Counted from the stretch's first letter, positions 29,001 to 38,758 are shown. The stretch is DNA of 64,000 nt from an uncultured Staphylococcaceae bacterium (GCA_964504595.1 CAZDEE010000008.1:338-64337), one strand, 5' to 3'. The notes: generated from the sequence alone by a model not told the origin. Made by a program: numbers and translations.

Positions 29001-31634
29001 ATGCAAGATAAAAAGTATGTCTATCACTTTAAAGAAGCTTACGGTTTAGGCAAAGAACTTTTAGGTGGTAAAGGTGCTGGCTTAGCAGAAATGACTCACA
29101 TTGGAGTCCCAATTCCACAAGGATTTACTGTTTCAACAGAAGCCTGTACTCTTTATTATGACAGTGGAAAAAACCTTCCAGATTACTTAGTCAAAGAAAT
29201 TTATGAAGCTATTCATAAAGTTGAAAGTGATTCTGGAAAAACATTTGGTGGAGATCACAATCCATTACTCGTCAGCGTTCGTTCAGGCGCTCGTGTTAGT
29301 ATGCCAGGTATGATGGATACAATCCTTAACCTCGGTTTAAACACCAAAACAGTTGCCGCTTTAGCTAACGAAACTGGAAATGTTAGATTCGCATATGACT
29401 GCTATCGTCGTTTCATTTTAATGTTTACAAACATTGCAAAAGGTCATCCACGTACCGACATGGATAAAATGCTCGAAGATTTAAAAGAATCAAGAGGATA
29501 CAAACTCGATACAGAAGTTACTGCAGAAGAATTACAAGAATTAGTCGCAAAATACAAAGCTTATTATAAAGCTACATTTGGCGAAGAATTCCCAGAAGAT
29601 CCATATACTCAACTCATCGAAGCTGTTACCGCAGTTTTCCGTTCATGGGATAACCCACGTGCAAACGTTTATCGTATGATGAATGGTATTCCATATTCAT
29701 GGGGAACCGCAGTTAACGTTCAATCAATGGCGTTCGGTAATAAGGGTGAAACTTCCGGTACTGGTGTCGCTTTCTCACGTGACCCAGCAACTGGTGAAAA
29801 TGTTATTTCAGCTGAATACTTACCAAACGCACAAGGTGAAGACGTTGTTGCCGGTATTCGTACACCATTCCACATCGATGAATTAAAGAGAAGAATGCCT
29901 GAAGTTTATACACAATTCGTTGAAACCATTAAGAAAATGGAAGCTCACTATCGTGATATGCAAGATATGGAATTTACTGTTGAAGATGGTAAATTATATT
30001 TCTTACAAACACGTAATGGTAAGAGAACACCAGCTGCAGCTTTAAAAATCGCCTGTGATTTAGTTGATGAAGGTGTTATTACCGAAGATGAAGCAGTTTT
30101 AAGAATTGATGCTTTAACATTTGATAAATTATTACTTCCTGGATTCGATAGAGATGAACTTGCAAAAGCCACTCATATCGCAACAGGTTTAGCTGCTGGT
30201 CCAGGTGCTGGTACTGGTAAATTAGCCTTTACTGCTGAAGAAGCAGAAGCAAGACACGCTGCTGGTGAAAAAGTATTATTAGTCCGTGCCGAAACATCTC
30301 CAGAAGATATCGTTGGTATGGTCGCCGCAGAAGGTATCTTAACTATGCGTGGTGGTATGACATCACACGCTGCAGTCGTTGCTCGTGGTATGGGTAAATG
30401 CTGTGTCTGTGGATGTAAAGAAGCTATCATCGATGAAGAAGCCAAAACACTTACTATCAATGGCAAAGTTTACACCACTGATGATGTCTTATCATTAGAT
30501 GGTTCTACCGGTAAAGTTTATCTTGGCGCAATTAAAACCGTTAATCCAGATTTAACCGCTGGTTACTTCGGTCGTTTAATGGCTTGGGTTGATAGAGCTC
30601 GTACCTTAAAAGTTCGTACAAATGCTGATAACCCACGTGATGCAAGACAAGCAAAATTATTCGGTGCTGAAGGTATCGGATTATGCCGTACTGAACACAT
30701 GTTCTTCGAAAAAGATCGTATCTTCTCATTCAGAAAAATGATCTTAGCTGATAACGTTGAAGAACGTAAAGCCGCTTTAGCGGAAATCGAACCAATGCAA
30801 CAAAAAGACTTCGAAGAATTATATGAAATTATGGGTGAATTAAATGTTAACGTTCGTTTATTAGATCCACCTCTCCATGAATTCTTACCACAAGAAGAAA
30901 ACTTAATTGCTGAATTAGCCGCTGCTACAGGTAAAACTGTTGAACAAATTAAGAATCGTGCTGCTGAATTACACGAATTCAACCCAATGATGGGACACCG
31001 TGGTTGCCGTTTAGCAGTTTCATATCCAGAAATTTGTGAAATGCAAACAAGCGCAATTATCAAAGCTGCAATTGCTGTTAATAAGAAAGGCATTAAAGTC
31101 GAACCAGAAATCATGATACCTCTTGTTTTAGATGTTCGTGAATTACGTTTCGTCAAAGCTATTATTACCAAAGTTGCTGATAAATTAATTGCCGAATCAG
31201 GAATCGAATTACACTACCACATTGGTACAATGATCGAAATCCCACGTGCTGCTTTATTATCAGATGAAATTGCTAAAGAAGCAGAATTCTTCTCATTTGG
31301 TACAAACGACTTAACTCAAATGACATTTGGATTTAGCCGTGATGATGCCACAAAATTCTTACCAGACTATTATGGAAATAAGATTTTTGAAGAAGATCCA
31401 TTCAAGACACTTGATCAAGATGGCGTTGGCAAATTAGTTAAAATGTCAGTCGCAGCTGGACGTTCAACTCGCCCAGATTTACATGTCGGTGTTTGTGGTG
31501 AAACTGGTGGAGATCCAAAATCTGTCGAATTCTACCATTCAGCTGGTTTAGACTATGTTTCATGTTCACCATTCCGTGTTCCTGTTGCTCGTTTAGCCGC
31601 TGCTCAAGCCGCAATTAAAAACCGCAAAAACTAA
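29001..31634 (+). CDS. ppdK: pyruvate, phosphate dikinase
   Basis: 877 aa with an ATP-grasp N-terminus (LLGGKGAGLAEM), the phosphohistidine motif GGMTSHAAVVARG and a PEP-utilising TIM barrel (FSFGTNDLTQ). Strong RBS AGGAGGA. Confidence 0.95.
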   Translation: MQDKKYVYHFKEAYGLGKELLGGKGAGLAEMTHIGVPIPQGFTVSTEACTLYYDSGKNLPDYLVKEIYEAIHKVESDSGKTFGGDHNPLLVSVRSGARVSMPGMMDTILNLGLNTKTVAALANETGNVRFAYDCYRRFILMFTNIAKGHPRTDMDKMLEDLKESRGYKLDTEVTAEELQELVAKYKAYYKATFGEEFPEDPYTQLIEAVTAVFRSWDNPRANVYRMMNGIPYSWGTAVNVQSMAFGNKGETSGTGVAFSRDPATGENVISAEYLPNAQGEDVVAGIRTPFHIDELKRRMPEVYTQFVETIKKMEAHYRDMQDMEFTVEDGKLYFLQTRNGKRTPAAALKIACDLVDEGVITEDEAVLRIDALTFDKLLLPGFDRDELAKATHIATGLAAGPGAGTGKLAFTAEEAEARHAAGEKVLLVRAETSPEDIVGMVAAEGILTMRGGMTSHAAVVARGMGKCCVCGCKEAIIDEEAKTLTINGKVYTTDDVLSLDGSTGKVYLGAIKTVNPDLTAGYFGRLMAWVDRARTLKVRTNADNPRDARQAKLFGAEGIGLCRTEHMFFEKDRIFSFRKMILADNVEERKAALAEIEPMQQKDFEELYEIMGELNVNVRLLDPPLHEFLPQEENLIAELAAATGKTVEQIKNRAAELHEFNPMMGHRGCRLAVSYPEICEMQTSAIIKAAIAVNKKGIKVEPEIMIPLVLDVRELRFVKAIITKVADKLIAESGIELHYHIGTMIEIPRAALLSDEIAKEAEFFSFGTNDLTQMTFGFSRDDATKFLPDYYGNKIFEEDPFKTLDQDGVGKLVKMSVAAGRSTRPDLHVGVCGETGGDPKSVEFYHSAGLDYVSCSPFRVPVARLAAAQAAIKNRKN

Positions 31635-31675
31635 TTTTATCGTTAATATCGATTAAAATTAATAAAATAACTTTA

Positions 31676-31711
31676 AGTAGTCATTCTTTAATTAGGGTGA
31701 CTACTTTTTTT
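31676..31711 (+). terminator. intrinsic terminator after ppdK
   Basis: AGTAGTCA (31676-31683) / TGACTACT (31698-31705) followed by a T-run to 31711. Confidence 0.7.
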
Positions 31712-31712
31712 A

Positions 31713-31741
31713 TTGACAATATATAACTTCCTTTTTATAAT
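31713..31741 (+). promoter_or_regulatory. consensus sigma-A promoter of TetR-ABC2 operon
   Basis: TTGACA (31713-31718), exactly 17 nt of spacer, TATAAT (31736-31741). Confidence 0.7.
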
Positions 31742-31744
31742 AAA

Positions 31745-31772
31745 GTTACACATGTAACGCAACGCATGTAAC
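31745..31772. promoter_or_regulatory. candidate TetR operator (palindrome plus extra half-site)
   Basis: GTTACA-CA-TGTAAC (31745-31758), then a repeated half-site CATGTAAC (31765-31772). Lies directly downstream of the -10. Confidence 0.5.
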
Positions 31773-31792
31773 CTATATAGGAAGTGATTATA

Positions 31793-32356
31793 ATGCCAAG
31801 AAACAACTTATTTACTAAAGAAGAAGTCTTAAACGCTGCAATTGAATTAACAAGAGAAAAAGGCTTTAATGCAGTCTCTGCTCGTTCTCTTGGAAAAAAG
31901 ATAGGAACTACATCAAGGCCTATTTTTAGTCATTTTGAAAATATGGCAGAATTGCAAAAAGGAATTATCGAAACAGCCTATTCTTTTTATCAAAGCTATC
32001 TTAAAGAAGATATGGCAAAAGGAAAATACCCTCCATATAAAGCAAGTGGTATGGCTTATATACGTTTTGCCAAAGAAGAAAAAGAATTGTTTAGATTACT
32101 CTTCATGTGTGAAAGATCTAATGAAGAAAAAGAAAAACAAGCTCCTGAAGCCGAAATGATTATTAACTTAATTTGTAGTCAAGTTAATACTTCAAAAGAA
32201 AAGGCATGGATGTTTTATTTTGAAATGTGGACATTTGTTCATGGAATCGCTACGATGATAGCTACAAATTTCTATGATTGGAGCGAAGAACTTTGTAGTC
32301 AAGCTCTAACCGATATGTATCAAGGATTAAAATATAAATACGAAAACAAACAATAA
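31793..32356 (+). CDS. TetR/AcrR-family transcriptional regulator
   Basis: HTH GFNAVSARSLGKKIGTTSRPIFSHFENMAELQ. Start moved to ATG 31793, six nt after AGGAAGTG. Confidence 0.85.
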   Translation: MPRNNLFTKEEVLNAAIELTREKGFNAVSARSLGKKIGTTSRPIFSHFENMAELQKGIIETAYSFYQSYLKEDMAKGKYPPYKASGMAYIRFAKEEKELFRLLFMCERSNEEKEKQAPEAEMIINLICSQVNTSKEKAWMFYFEMWTFVHGIATMIATNFYDWSEELCSQALTDMYQGLKYKYENKQ

Positions 32357-32373
32357 TTAAGAAGGAAATAATT

Positions 32374-33285
32374 ATGAATAACATCATTCAAATAAAAAAT
32401 TTAACCAAGAGTTTTGGTGAAGTTAAAGCAGTTCAAAATTTAAGTTTCCATGTAAAAAAAGGGGAATTATTTGCATTTTTAGGAGTTAATGGTGCAGGAA
32501 AATCTACAACAATAAACATTATATGTGGCCAACTCTTTAAAGATAGCGGAGAAATAATTATTGATGGATATGATTTAGACAAAGAAAAAAACAATATTAA
32601 AAATGAGTTGGGAGTTGTTTTTCAAAATTCTGTTCTTGATTCCGCTTTATCAGTTTATGATAATCTGCAAAGTCGAGCGGCTTTATATGGCATAACTGGC
32701 GACGAATTTAGAAAGCGCGTCTTAGAACTAGCGGATATTCTTGATTTTAAGGATTTATTAAAGAGAACAGTTGGAAAATTGTCAGGTGGTCAACGCCGTC
32801 GCATAGATGTTGCTCGCGCTTTATTACACAAACCCAAAATTTTAATTTTGGATGAACCTACAACTGGACTTGATCCTCAAACAAGGAAAATCTTATGGGA
32901 TGTCATTTATGAACTTCGTAAAAATGAGAAAATGACCGTGTTCCTTACTACTCATTATATGGAAGAAGCAGCAGAAGCGGATTATGTCATTATTCTCGAT
33001 AATGGTAAAATAGCAGCAGAAGGAACTCCTCTTGAACTTAAAAACACTTATACTGGTGATTATATTACTTTATATAACATTGCAGAAGACAATATTAAAG
33101 AGCTAAATTTAAAATATGAAAAAATAAAAGATGCCTATCGTTTATCTGTTCCAAATACTAAAGTTGCAACAGAACTTATTATTAAATATCCTCACATTTT
33201 CGTCGATTATGAAATCACAAAAGGAAAAATGGATGATGTTTTTCTTGCTGTTACTGGTAAAAAGCTAGGAGGAAACGAAAAATGA
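32374..33285 (+). CDS. ABC transporter ATP-binding protein (ABC-2/DrrA-like)
   Basis: Walker A GVNGAGKST, signature LSGGQRRR, Walker B ILILDEPTTGLD. Confidence 0.9.
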   Translation: MNNIIQIKNLTKSFGEVKAVQNLSFHVKKGELFAFLGVNGAGKSTTINIICGQLFKDSGEIIIDGYDLDKEKNNIKNELGVVFQNSVLDSALSVYDNLQSRAALYGITGDEFRKRVLELADILDFKDLLKRTVGKLSGGQRRRIDVARALLHKPKILILDEPTTGLDPQTRKILWDVIYELRKNEKMTVFLTTHYMEEAAEADYVIILDNGKIAAEGTPLELKNTYTGDYITLYNIAEDNIKELNLKYEKIKDAYRLSVPNTKVATELIIKYPHIFVDYEITKGKMDDVFLAVTGKKLGGNEK

Positions 33286-34181
33286 ATACAGTATTAATTC
33301 TTATAAAACGTAATATAAAATTGTTTTTTAAAGATAAAGGAATGTTTTTTACTTCACTTATTACTCCAGCAATTTTACTTCTCCTTTATTCTACATTCTT
33401 AGGAAATGTTTTCCGTGATAGTTTTGTTTCTTCTTTTCCAAGCACTGATCAATTAAATGAAAAATTAATAGATGGGCTTGTTGGAGGCGAAATTATATCT
33501 TCTATTTTAGCGGTTTCTTGCATTACTGTAGCGTTTTGCTCTAATATGTTAATGGTTCAAGATAAAGTAAACGGTTCAATAAAAGACTTTACTGTTTCGC
33601 CTGTAAAACCTATATCTTTATCTCTTTCTTATTATTTTGCTAATCTTATTACCACTCTTTTAATTTGCTATGTTGCATATGGAATTTGTTTAGGATATCT
33701 TGCTATAGTTGGATGGTTTTTATCTTTTAGCGATGTATTGCTTATTATATTAGATATTACTCTTTTAGTCTTTTTTGGAAACGCTCTTTCTTCAGTTATC
33801 AACTTTTTTCTTAAATCACAAGGTCAAATTTCTGCGGTTGGAACAATCATAAGCTCTGGATATGGATTTATCTGTGGTGCATATATGCCTATTTCTTCTT
33901 TTAGTGAAGGTTTACAAAAGTTTATTTCTTTCTTACCAGGGACCTATGGAACTTCCTTAATGCGAAATCACGCAATGCAAGGTTCTCTTAAAGAAATTGA
34001 AAAACTTGGTATTCCAAAGGAAGCATTAGAATCATTAAAAGACTCTCTTGATTGTAATTTATACTTTTTTGGTAATTACGTATCTATTACCAAAATGTAT
34101 TTAATTTTAATTATTACAATTATTTTTTTCTTATCAATTTATGTATTATTAAACATTTTAGCAAGCAAGCGAAATAAATAA
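33282..34181 (+). CDS. ABC-2-type transporter permease
   Basis: 299 aa, about 6 TM. Its start overlaps the ATPase stop (ATGA). Confidence 0.8.
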   Translation: MNTVLILIKRNIKLFFKDKGMFFTSLITPAILLLLYSTFLGNVFRDSFVSSFPSTDQLNEKLIDGLVGGEIISSILAVSCITVAFCSNMLMVQDKVNGSIKDFTVSPVKPISLSLSYYFANLITTLLICYVAYGICLGYLAIVGWFLSFSDVLLIILDITLLVFFGNALSSVINFFLKSQGQISAVGTIISSGYGFICGAYMPISSFSEGLQKFISFLPGTYGTSLMRNHAMQGSLKEIEKLGIPKEALESLKDSLDCNLYFFGNYVSITKMYLILIITIIFFLSIYVLLNILASKRNK

Positions 34182-34204
34182 TAAAACATGCTATAATTAA
34201 ATAT

Positions 34205-34261
34205 GTAAACCTCCTAATGATGTAATAGATACAATAACATTATAAGGGGGTTTACTTTTTT
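34205..34261 (+). terminator. putative intrinsic terminator after ABC-2 permease
   Basis: An 11-bp stem GTAAACCTCCT / AGGGGGTTTAC (one G-U pair) with a large loop, then T6. Confidence 0.5.
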
Positions 34262-34324
34262 GTTAGTATTATATAGTCAATCTTAAAAATTTTTATAGGA
34301 TCTTTTTTTTCATTTTTTAGTCAC

Positions 34325-34359
34325 TAAAAAAGGGTTGCTATTACAAAGTAGCAATCCTT
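34325..34359 (-). terminator. intrinsic terminator after glmU
   Basis: A 9-bp stem (34332-34340 / 34349-34357, one G-U pair). On the minus strand a T-run follows (A-run 34325-34331). Confidence 0.65.
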
Positions 34360-34396
34360 ATATAAGTGTTTTTATTTATCCAATCTTTTTAATAAT

Positions 34397-35728
34397 TTAT
34401 TTCTTTTTTATTTTTCCTTTTGCCCGACCAACTTTATTAGTTTGATACGCTCTTCCGAAAGCTAAATCATCCTCTCCAACATCTTGATAAATTGTTGAGC
34501 CTCCAGCAATAAACGCTCCATCCCCAATTACACAAGGAGCAATAATTGTTGATCCTGTTCCAACAAAAACATTATTACCTATGATAGTTTTAAATTTATT
34601 AACCCCATCATAATTTGCGGTAATAGTACCCCCTCCGATATTAGAATATTCTCCTACTTCAGCATCTCCTAAATAGGTTAAATGTGCAGCTTTAGAACCT
34701 TTTTTCATCGTTGCTTTTTTTATTTCAACAAAAGATCCAATTCTATTATTTCCTTCAATAATCGTTTCTGGTCTAATATTTGTCATAGGGCCGATAACAT
34801 TATCATTACCAATAACCGCATTTTCAATAAAGTTATTTGATTTTAAAATATTATTTTCTCCAATAATGGTCTTTCCAATAATAAAGTTACCTGGATAAAT
34901 AATAGTGTCCGCGCCTATTTCAACTTCTGGACCAATATATGTATTATTAGGATCTATAATAGTAACACCATTTAACATGTGTTTTTTGTTGATTCTTTGT
35001 TTTAATATTTCTCCTGCTTCCGCAAGTTGAACTCGGTCATTTATACCTAACATTTCTCGATAATCTTCCATAACCGAAGCACCAACTTTAAGTCCTGCTT
35101 TTCTAAAAATAGAAATCATATCCGTTAAATAAAACTCATTTTTAGCATTTTTACCGGTTAATTCATTTAAATGAGCGAATAATTGTTTGTTGTTATAAAC
35201 TCCTATTCCTGTATTAACCTCTTTTATCGCTTCAATTGTTTTTGTGGCATCTGCTTGTTCAACAATTCCATAAACCTCGCCACTTTCTCCTCTAATTATT
35301 CTTCCATAACCATAAGGCCTATCCACAATTGCGGTTAAAATTGTTGCGTCATTTTTACTTTCAATATGTGAAATTAATAATTGTCTTAAAGTTTCTGTAG
35401 TAAATAAAGGAGTATCACCACATGTAATTAAAGTTATTCCATCTTCGTTTTCTAAAAATTGTCTTGCTTGCATTACTGCATGCCCTGTTCCTAATTGTTG
35501 CTTTTGATAGGCGATATTTGTTCTTCCATTGACTATTTTTTCAGTAAATTCACCATTATGACCAACAATTGTCACTATTTTTGAAAAATTAAGTGGAGTT
35601 AAAGAGTCTAAAACATAATCTAATAAAGTTTTGCCCATAATCTCAAAACCAACTTTAGATTTTTCTTGGCTTTTTGATTTCATACGGGTTCCTTTTCCCG
35701 CAGCTAAAATTATTGCGTATAAATTCAT
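34397..35728 (-). CDS. glmU: bifunctional UDP-GlcNAc pyrophosphorylase / GlcN-1-P acetyltransferase
   Basis: 443 aa with the N-terminal motif AIILAAGKGTRMKS and C-terminal left-handed beta-helix hexapeptide repeats. Confidence 0.95.
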   Translation of the reverse strand: MNLYAIILAAGKGTRMKSKSQEKSKVGFEIMGKTLLDYVLDSLTPLNFSKIVTIVGHNGEFTEKIVNGRTNIAYQKQQLGTGHAVMQARQFLENEDGITLITCGDTPLFTTETLRQLLISHIESKNDATILTAIVDRPYGYGRIIRGESGEVYGIVEQADATKTIEAIKEVNTGIGVYNNKQLFAHLNELTGKNAKNEFYLTDMISIFRKAGLKVGASVMEDYREMLGINDRVQLAEAGEILKQRINKKHMLNGVTIIDPNNTYIGPEVEIGADTIIYPGNFIIGKTIIGENNILKSNNFIENAVIGNDNVIGPMTNIRPETIIEGNNRIGSFVEIKKATMKKGSKAAHLTYLGDAEVGEYSNIGGGTITANYDGVNKFKTIIGNNVFVGTGSTIIAPCVIGDGAFIAGGSTIYQDVGEDDLAFGRAYQTNKVGRAKGKIKKK

Positions 35729-35773
35729 AATTATACTTCCTCCATCTAATATCTATTATAATGAATTTTCTCT

Positions 35774-36622
35774 TTAAATGATAGAAGTTAATACGACATA
35801 ATAGCCTTTTTGTTTGTAATATTTACTTTTTTTCATACACAACTCTTTATCAAACGATAAAGCAAAGACTGTTGAACCAGAACCACTCATACCAACGGCC
35901 TCAAATCCATCATTTTTTAACGAATTAATAATTCTATCTATATCATTTAAAATCATAATTGCTGGTTTTTCTAAATCATTATATCGATATTCATTAACTC
36001 TTTTTAAATCGCCATCTTGTAACGCTTCTATAGTCTTTTCTATATCGCCTTTTTCGGTTTTATCGAGCAAATCATAATTGTTATATACTTCCTTTGTTGA
36101 ACATCCTAAAAAAGGTTTAACAAGAAGAACATATGGCTTTTCTTTTAATTCAAATGGGGTTATTTTTTCTCCAATTCCTTCCACTTTTGCAGCTTTATTA
36201 ACTAAGAAAAAAGGAACATCTGCGCCTATTTCCTTACCTATTTCAATCAATTCTTCTTCACTTAGAGGAAGTTTTAATAAATCCGTTACTGCCATAAGAG
36301 TAAATGCAGCATCAGCGCTACCTCCTCCAAGACCAGCTTGAGAAGGTATCCTTTTTTCAACATAAACATCAAATTCTTCTTTAAACTTAAATCTGTTTCT
36401 CAAAGCTTCTATAGCTTTATTAACACTATTACGACTTCCTAAAGGAATAGAATAATCATCAAATTCAACATTTGTTTCATATTCATCATCCAATATTTCA
36501 ATATTAATAACATCATATAAATCAATAGGTACCATAATCATTTCTAAATCATGATATCCATCTTTCCTATTAGAAACAATTTTTAAAGCTATATTTATTT
36601 TCGCGTTTGCCTTTACTTTCAT
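35774..36622 (-). CDS. ispE: 4-diphosphocytidyl-2-C-methyl-D-erythritol kinase
   Basis: GHMP kinase motif IPSQAGLGGGSADAA. 282 aa. Position after yabG as in Bacillus. Confidence 0.9.
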   Translation of the reverse strand: MKVKANAKINIALKIVSNRKDGYHDLEMIMVPIDLYDVINIEILDDEYETNVEFDDYSIPLGSRNSVNKAIEALRNRFKFKEEFDVYVEKRIPSQAGLGGGSADAAFTLMAVTDLLKLPLSEEELIEIGKEIGADVPFFLVNKAAKVEGIGEKITPFELKEKPYVLLVKPFLGCSTKEVYNNYDLLDKTEKGDIEKTIEALQDGDLKRVNEYRYNDLEKPAIMILNDIDRIINSLKNDGFEAVGMSGSGSTVFALSFDKELCMKKSKYYKQKGYYVVLTSII

Positions 36623-36623
36623 T

Positions 36624-37370
36624 TTAGCGACCTCCTAGATATATTTTTCTAGCAACTCCTTTGGTTTCAATTCCACCTAATCTTTTTGTAATTGTACTAT
36701 TAATGATTTCTTTTATCGAAGCGTATTCACTAACACTTGTTTTGGATATCAATGTCGCAATTATAACCGGATCAAGTAAATGAATATTATCTCTTGTTGG
36801 CGAACTAGCTACATTTGCTCCCGCTTTTAAGAGGGCTTCATAATAACTTTGGCACGCTCCAGCAATAATTACAAGGCTATCTTTATTAGATTGATAATTT
36901 CTCGCTTCTAATATCGATTTAACAAAATCTGAGGAATGACGATAACTATTGATATCATTAACATTTTTACCTTCTAGAGCATCATGCCCTGTGATAACAA
37001 CAATATCCGGATGATGTTTTAATAGCAACGATTTTATTTTATAAGGGATTTCTTCTTCATTTATAAAACATCCGATTGCTTGTACGTTATATTCTTTATA
37101 AGCCTGCATCGCTTTTTTTAAATAATGCTCATCTCCATCAATATGGAGAATAACACCTGGAACTGTATTTTGCCTTAATAAAGCGTTATCTAAATAGGGA
37201 ATATTTTCCTCATTAATGATACTAACCTTTTTTAAATCGCTTATTAAAGCGTCTGCAACTAATCGAATATTTTTTCCTTTTAAATAAGCAATCCCATTCT
37301 CGATTTTATATATTCTAAATAAAATATCATGATGATAAGAATATCTAGTAACTATATCGTTAACTTCCAT
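36624..37370 (-). CDS. yabG: sporulation-specific protease YabG
   Basis: MEVNDIVTRYSYHHDILFRIYKI resembles the B. subtilis YabG N-terminus. Lies between rsmA and ispE. Start placed at ATG 37370, 9 nt after AGAGGTG. Confidence 0.8.
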   Translation of the reverse strand: MEVNDIVTRYSYHHDILFRIYKIENGIAYLKGKNIRLVADALISDLKKVSIINEENIPYLDNALLRQNTVPGVILHIDGDEHYLKKAMQAYKEYNVQAIGCFINEEEIPYKIKSLLLKHHPDIVVITGHDALEGKNVNDINSYRHSSDFVKSILEARNYQSNKDSLVIIAGACQSYYEALLKAGANVASSPTRDNIHLLDPVIIATLISKTSVSEYASIKEIINSTITKRLGGIETKGVARKIYLGGR

Positions 37371-37401
37371 AAAACCAATCACCTCTAATATGTATATGAT
37401 T

Positions 37402-38214
37402 TTATTTAGTTTTAGTTATTATTTGATATATAGAAAAAATTTCTTCTTTGGTTAACTCTTCTGCACGTTTATTTAACGGAATATTTAATTCATTTAATAC
37501 TTTAGAGCTTTCCTCTTTTAATTTAAGTATTTCTCCTAAATTGTTAAAAACAGTCTTTCTTCTTTGATTAAATAATTTCTTTAAAAAAGAATAATAATTC
37601 TTTTTATTAACCTCTGTTTTCTTATAAATAATTTTAAAAACTACCGAATCAACATGAGGGATTGGATAAAAACACCCTTTATTAACTTTACAAACTCTTT
37701 CAATTTCATAAAATTGTTCTATTAAAATACTTAAAGGTCCATAATCTTTTGTCTTCCTTTTAGCGGTTAATCTTGATTCAACTTCTTGTTGAACCATAAA
37801 TACAAAAGTATCTATATCAAAATCGAGTAAGACATGTTCTATTATTGGTGTCGTTAAATAGTAAGGAAGATTTCCAATAACTTTACTAACTCTTTCATCA
37901 TCTTGAACTTTTAAAAAATCTTCTTTTATAACATTAACATTGGTAAATATCCTAAACACTGATTTTAAATGATTAATCATATTTTCATCAATATCAAACA
38001 AATACAAAGGTTGGCTTTTGGCCGCTAAAGGTTCTGATAACGCTCCTAGGCCAGGCCCTATTTCATATATAATATCTTCTTTAGTAACATCTAAAGCTTC
38101 AACAATTTTATTAACTATTTTCTCATCTATTAAAAAATTTTGTCCATATTTCTTTTTAGGAAATAAACTATATTCATTTAATTTTGAAAGAACATATTCT
38201 TTACTTGCTATCAT
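37402..38214 (-). CDS. rsmA: 16S rRNA (adenine1518/1519-N6)-dimethyltransferase
   Basis: Motifs KKYGQNFLID and SAM-binding EIGPGLGALS. 270 aa. Confidence 0.95.
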   Translation of the reverse strand: MIASKEYVLSKLNEYSLFPKKKYGQNFLIDEKIVNKIVEALDVTKEDIIYEIGPGLGALSEPLAAKSQPLYLFDIDENMINHLKSVFRIFTNVNVIKEDFLKVQDDERVSKVIGNLPYYLTTPIIEHVLLDFDIDTFVFMVQQEVESRLTAKRKTKDYGPLSILIEQFYEIERVCKVNKGCFYPIPHVDSVVFKIIYKKTEVNKKNYYSFLKKLFNQRRKTVFNNLGEILKLKEESSKVLNELNIPLNKRAEELTKEEIFSIYQIITKTK

Positions 38215-38758
38215 TATTATCTTTCCTCCATATTAACAAATCGTTTTTATTAATTCCTACCGCTAATAGATGCTTATAAAATGTTTTTGCGTTACTAACA
38301 AACCCTAAACTAAAATGTTCTGCCGCTTTTTTTCTTAAACAATCACTATCTTCTTGACCTATAAATCCTAGTTCATATAAATCTTTCTTGGTTAAATCAC
38401 TTTTATTTATTTCATTTTTTAAAGCAAATGCATTTTTTAAAGCGTATATCACTTCTTCTTTAGTCGATTCCGCTACACCAACTTTATGATTTCTAATTGA
38501 AAATTCTTTTCGAACATAAGCGTGCAAAACACCATCAATATTTTCTTCAATTTTATTTCTAATTTGTAATCCTGGAAAATCAGGATCTGTTAAAACAATA
38601 ATATCTCTTTTCTTTTTTAAAGTTTTTAAATACGCTATCGTTTCTTTAGAAATTTCTGAACCATTAGTAATAACAAAATCAGCATCAATAAATGTTTCTA
38701 AAAATGAAACATCACTTTTCCCTTCAACTACAATTATTGCAGAACAGTTATATTTCAT
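38201..38758 (-). CDS. rnmV: ribonuclease M5 (Toprim)
   Basis: Toprim motifs IIVVEGKSD and VLTDPDFPG. tatD-rnmV-rsmA order. Confidence 0.85.
   Translation of the reverse strand: MKYNCSAIIVVEGKSDVSFLETFIDADFVITNGSEISKETIAYLKTLKKKRDIIVLTDPDFPGLQIRNKIEENIDGVLHAYVRKEFSIRNHKVGVAESTKEEVIYALKNAFALKNEINKSDLTKKDLYELGFIGQEDSDCLRKKAAEHFSLGFVSNAKTFYKHLLAVGINKNDLLIWRKDNNDSK

Noticed and set aside
29683-31171. Five extra ORFs inside ppdK on the ORF track. One is out-of-frame on the plus strand (29683..29886, 67 aa). Four are antisense at 29948, 30173, 30541 and 30563..31171, the last 202 aa long.
   Set aside because: All lie entirely within a full-length, motif-complete ppdK. They have no RBS, and their products are low-complexity (Ser/Ala/Ile-rich). 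The locally higher GC content and codon bias of ppdK deplete stop codons in the other frames.
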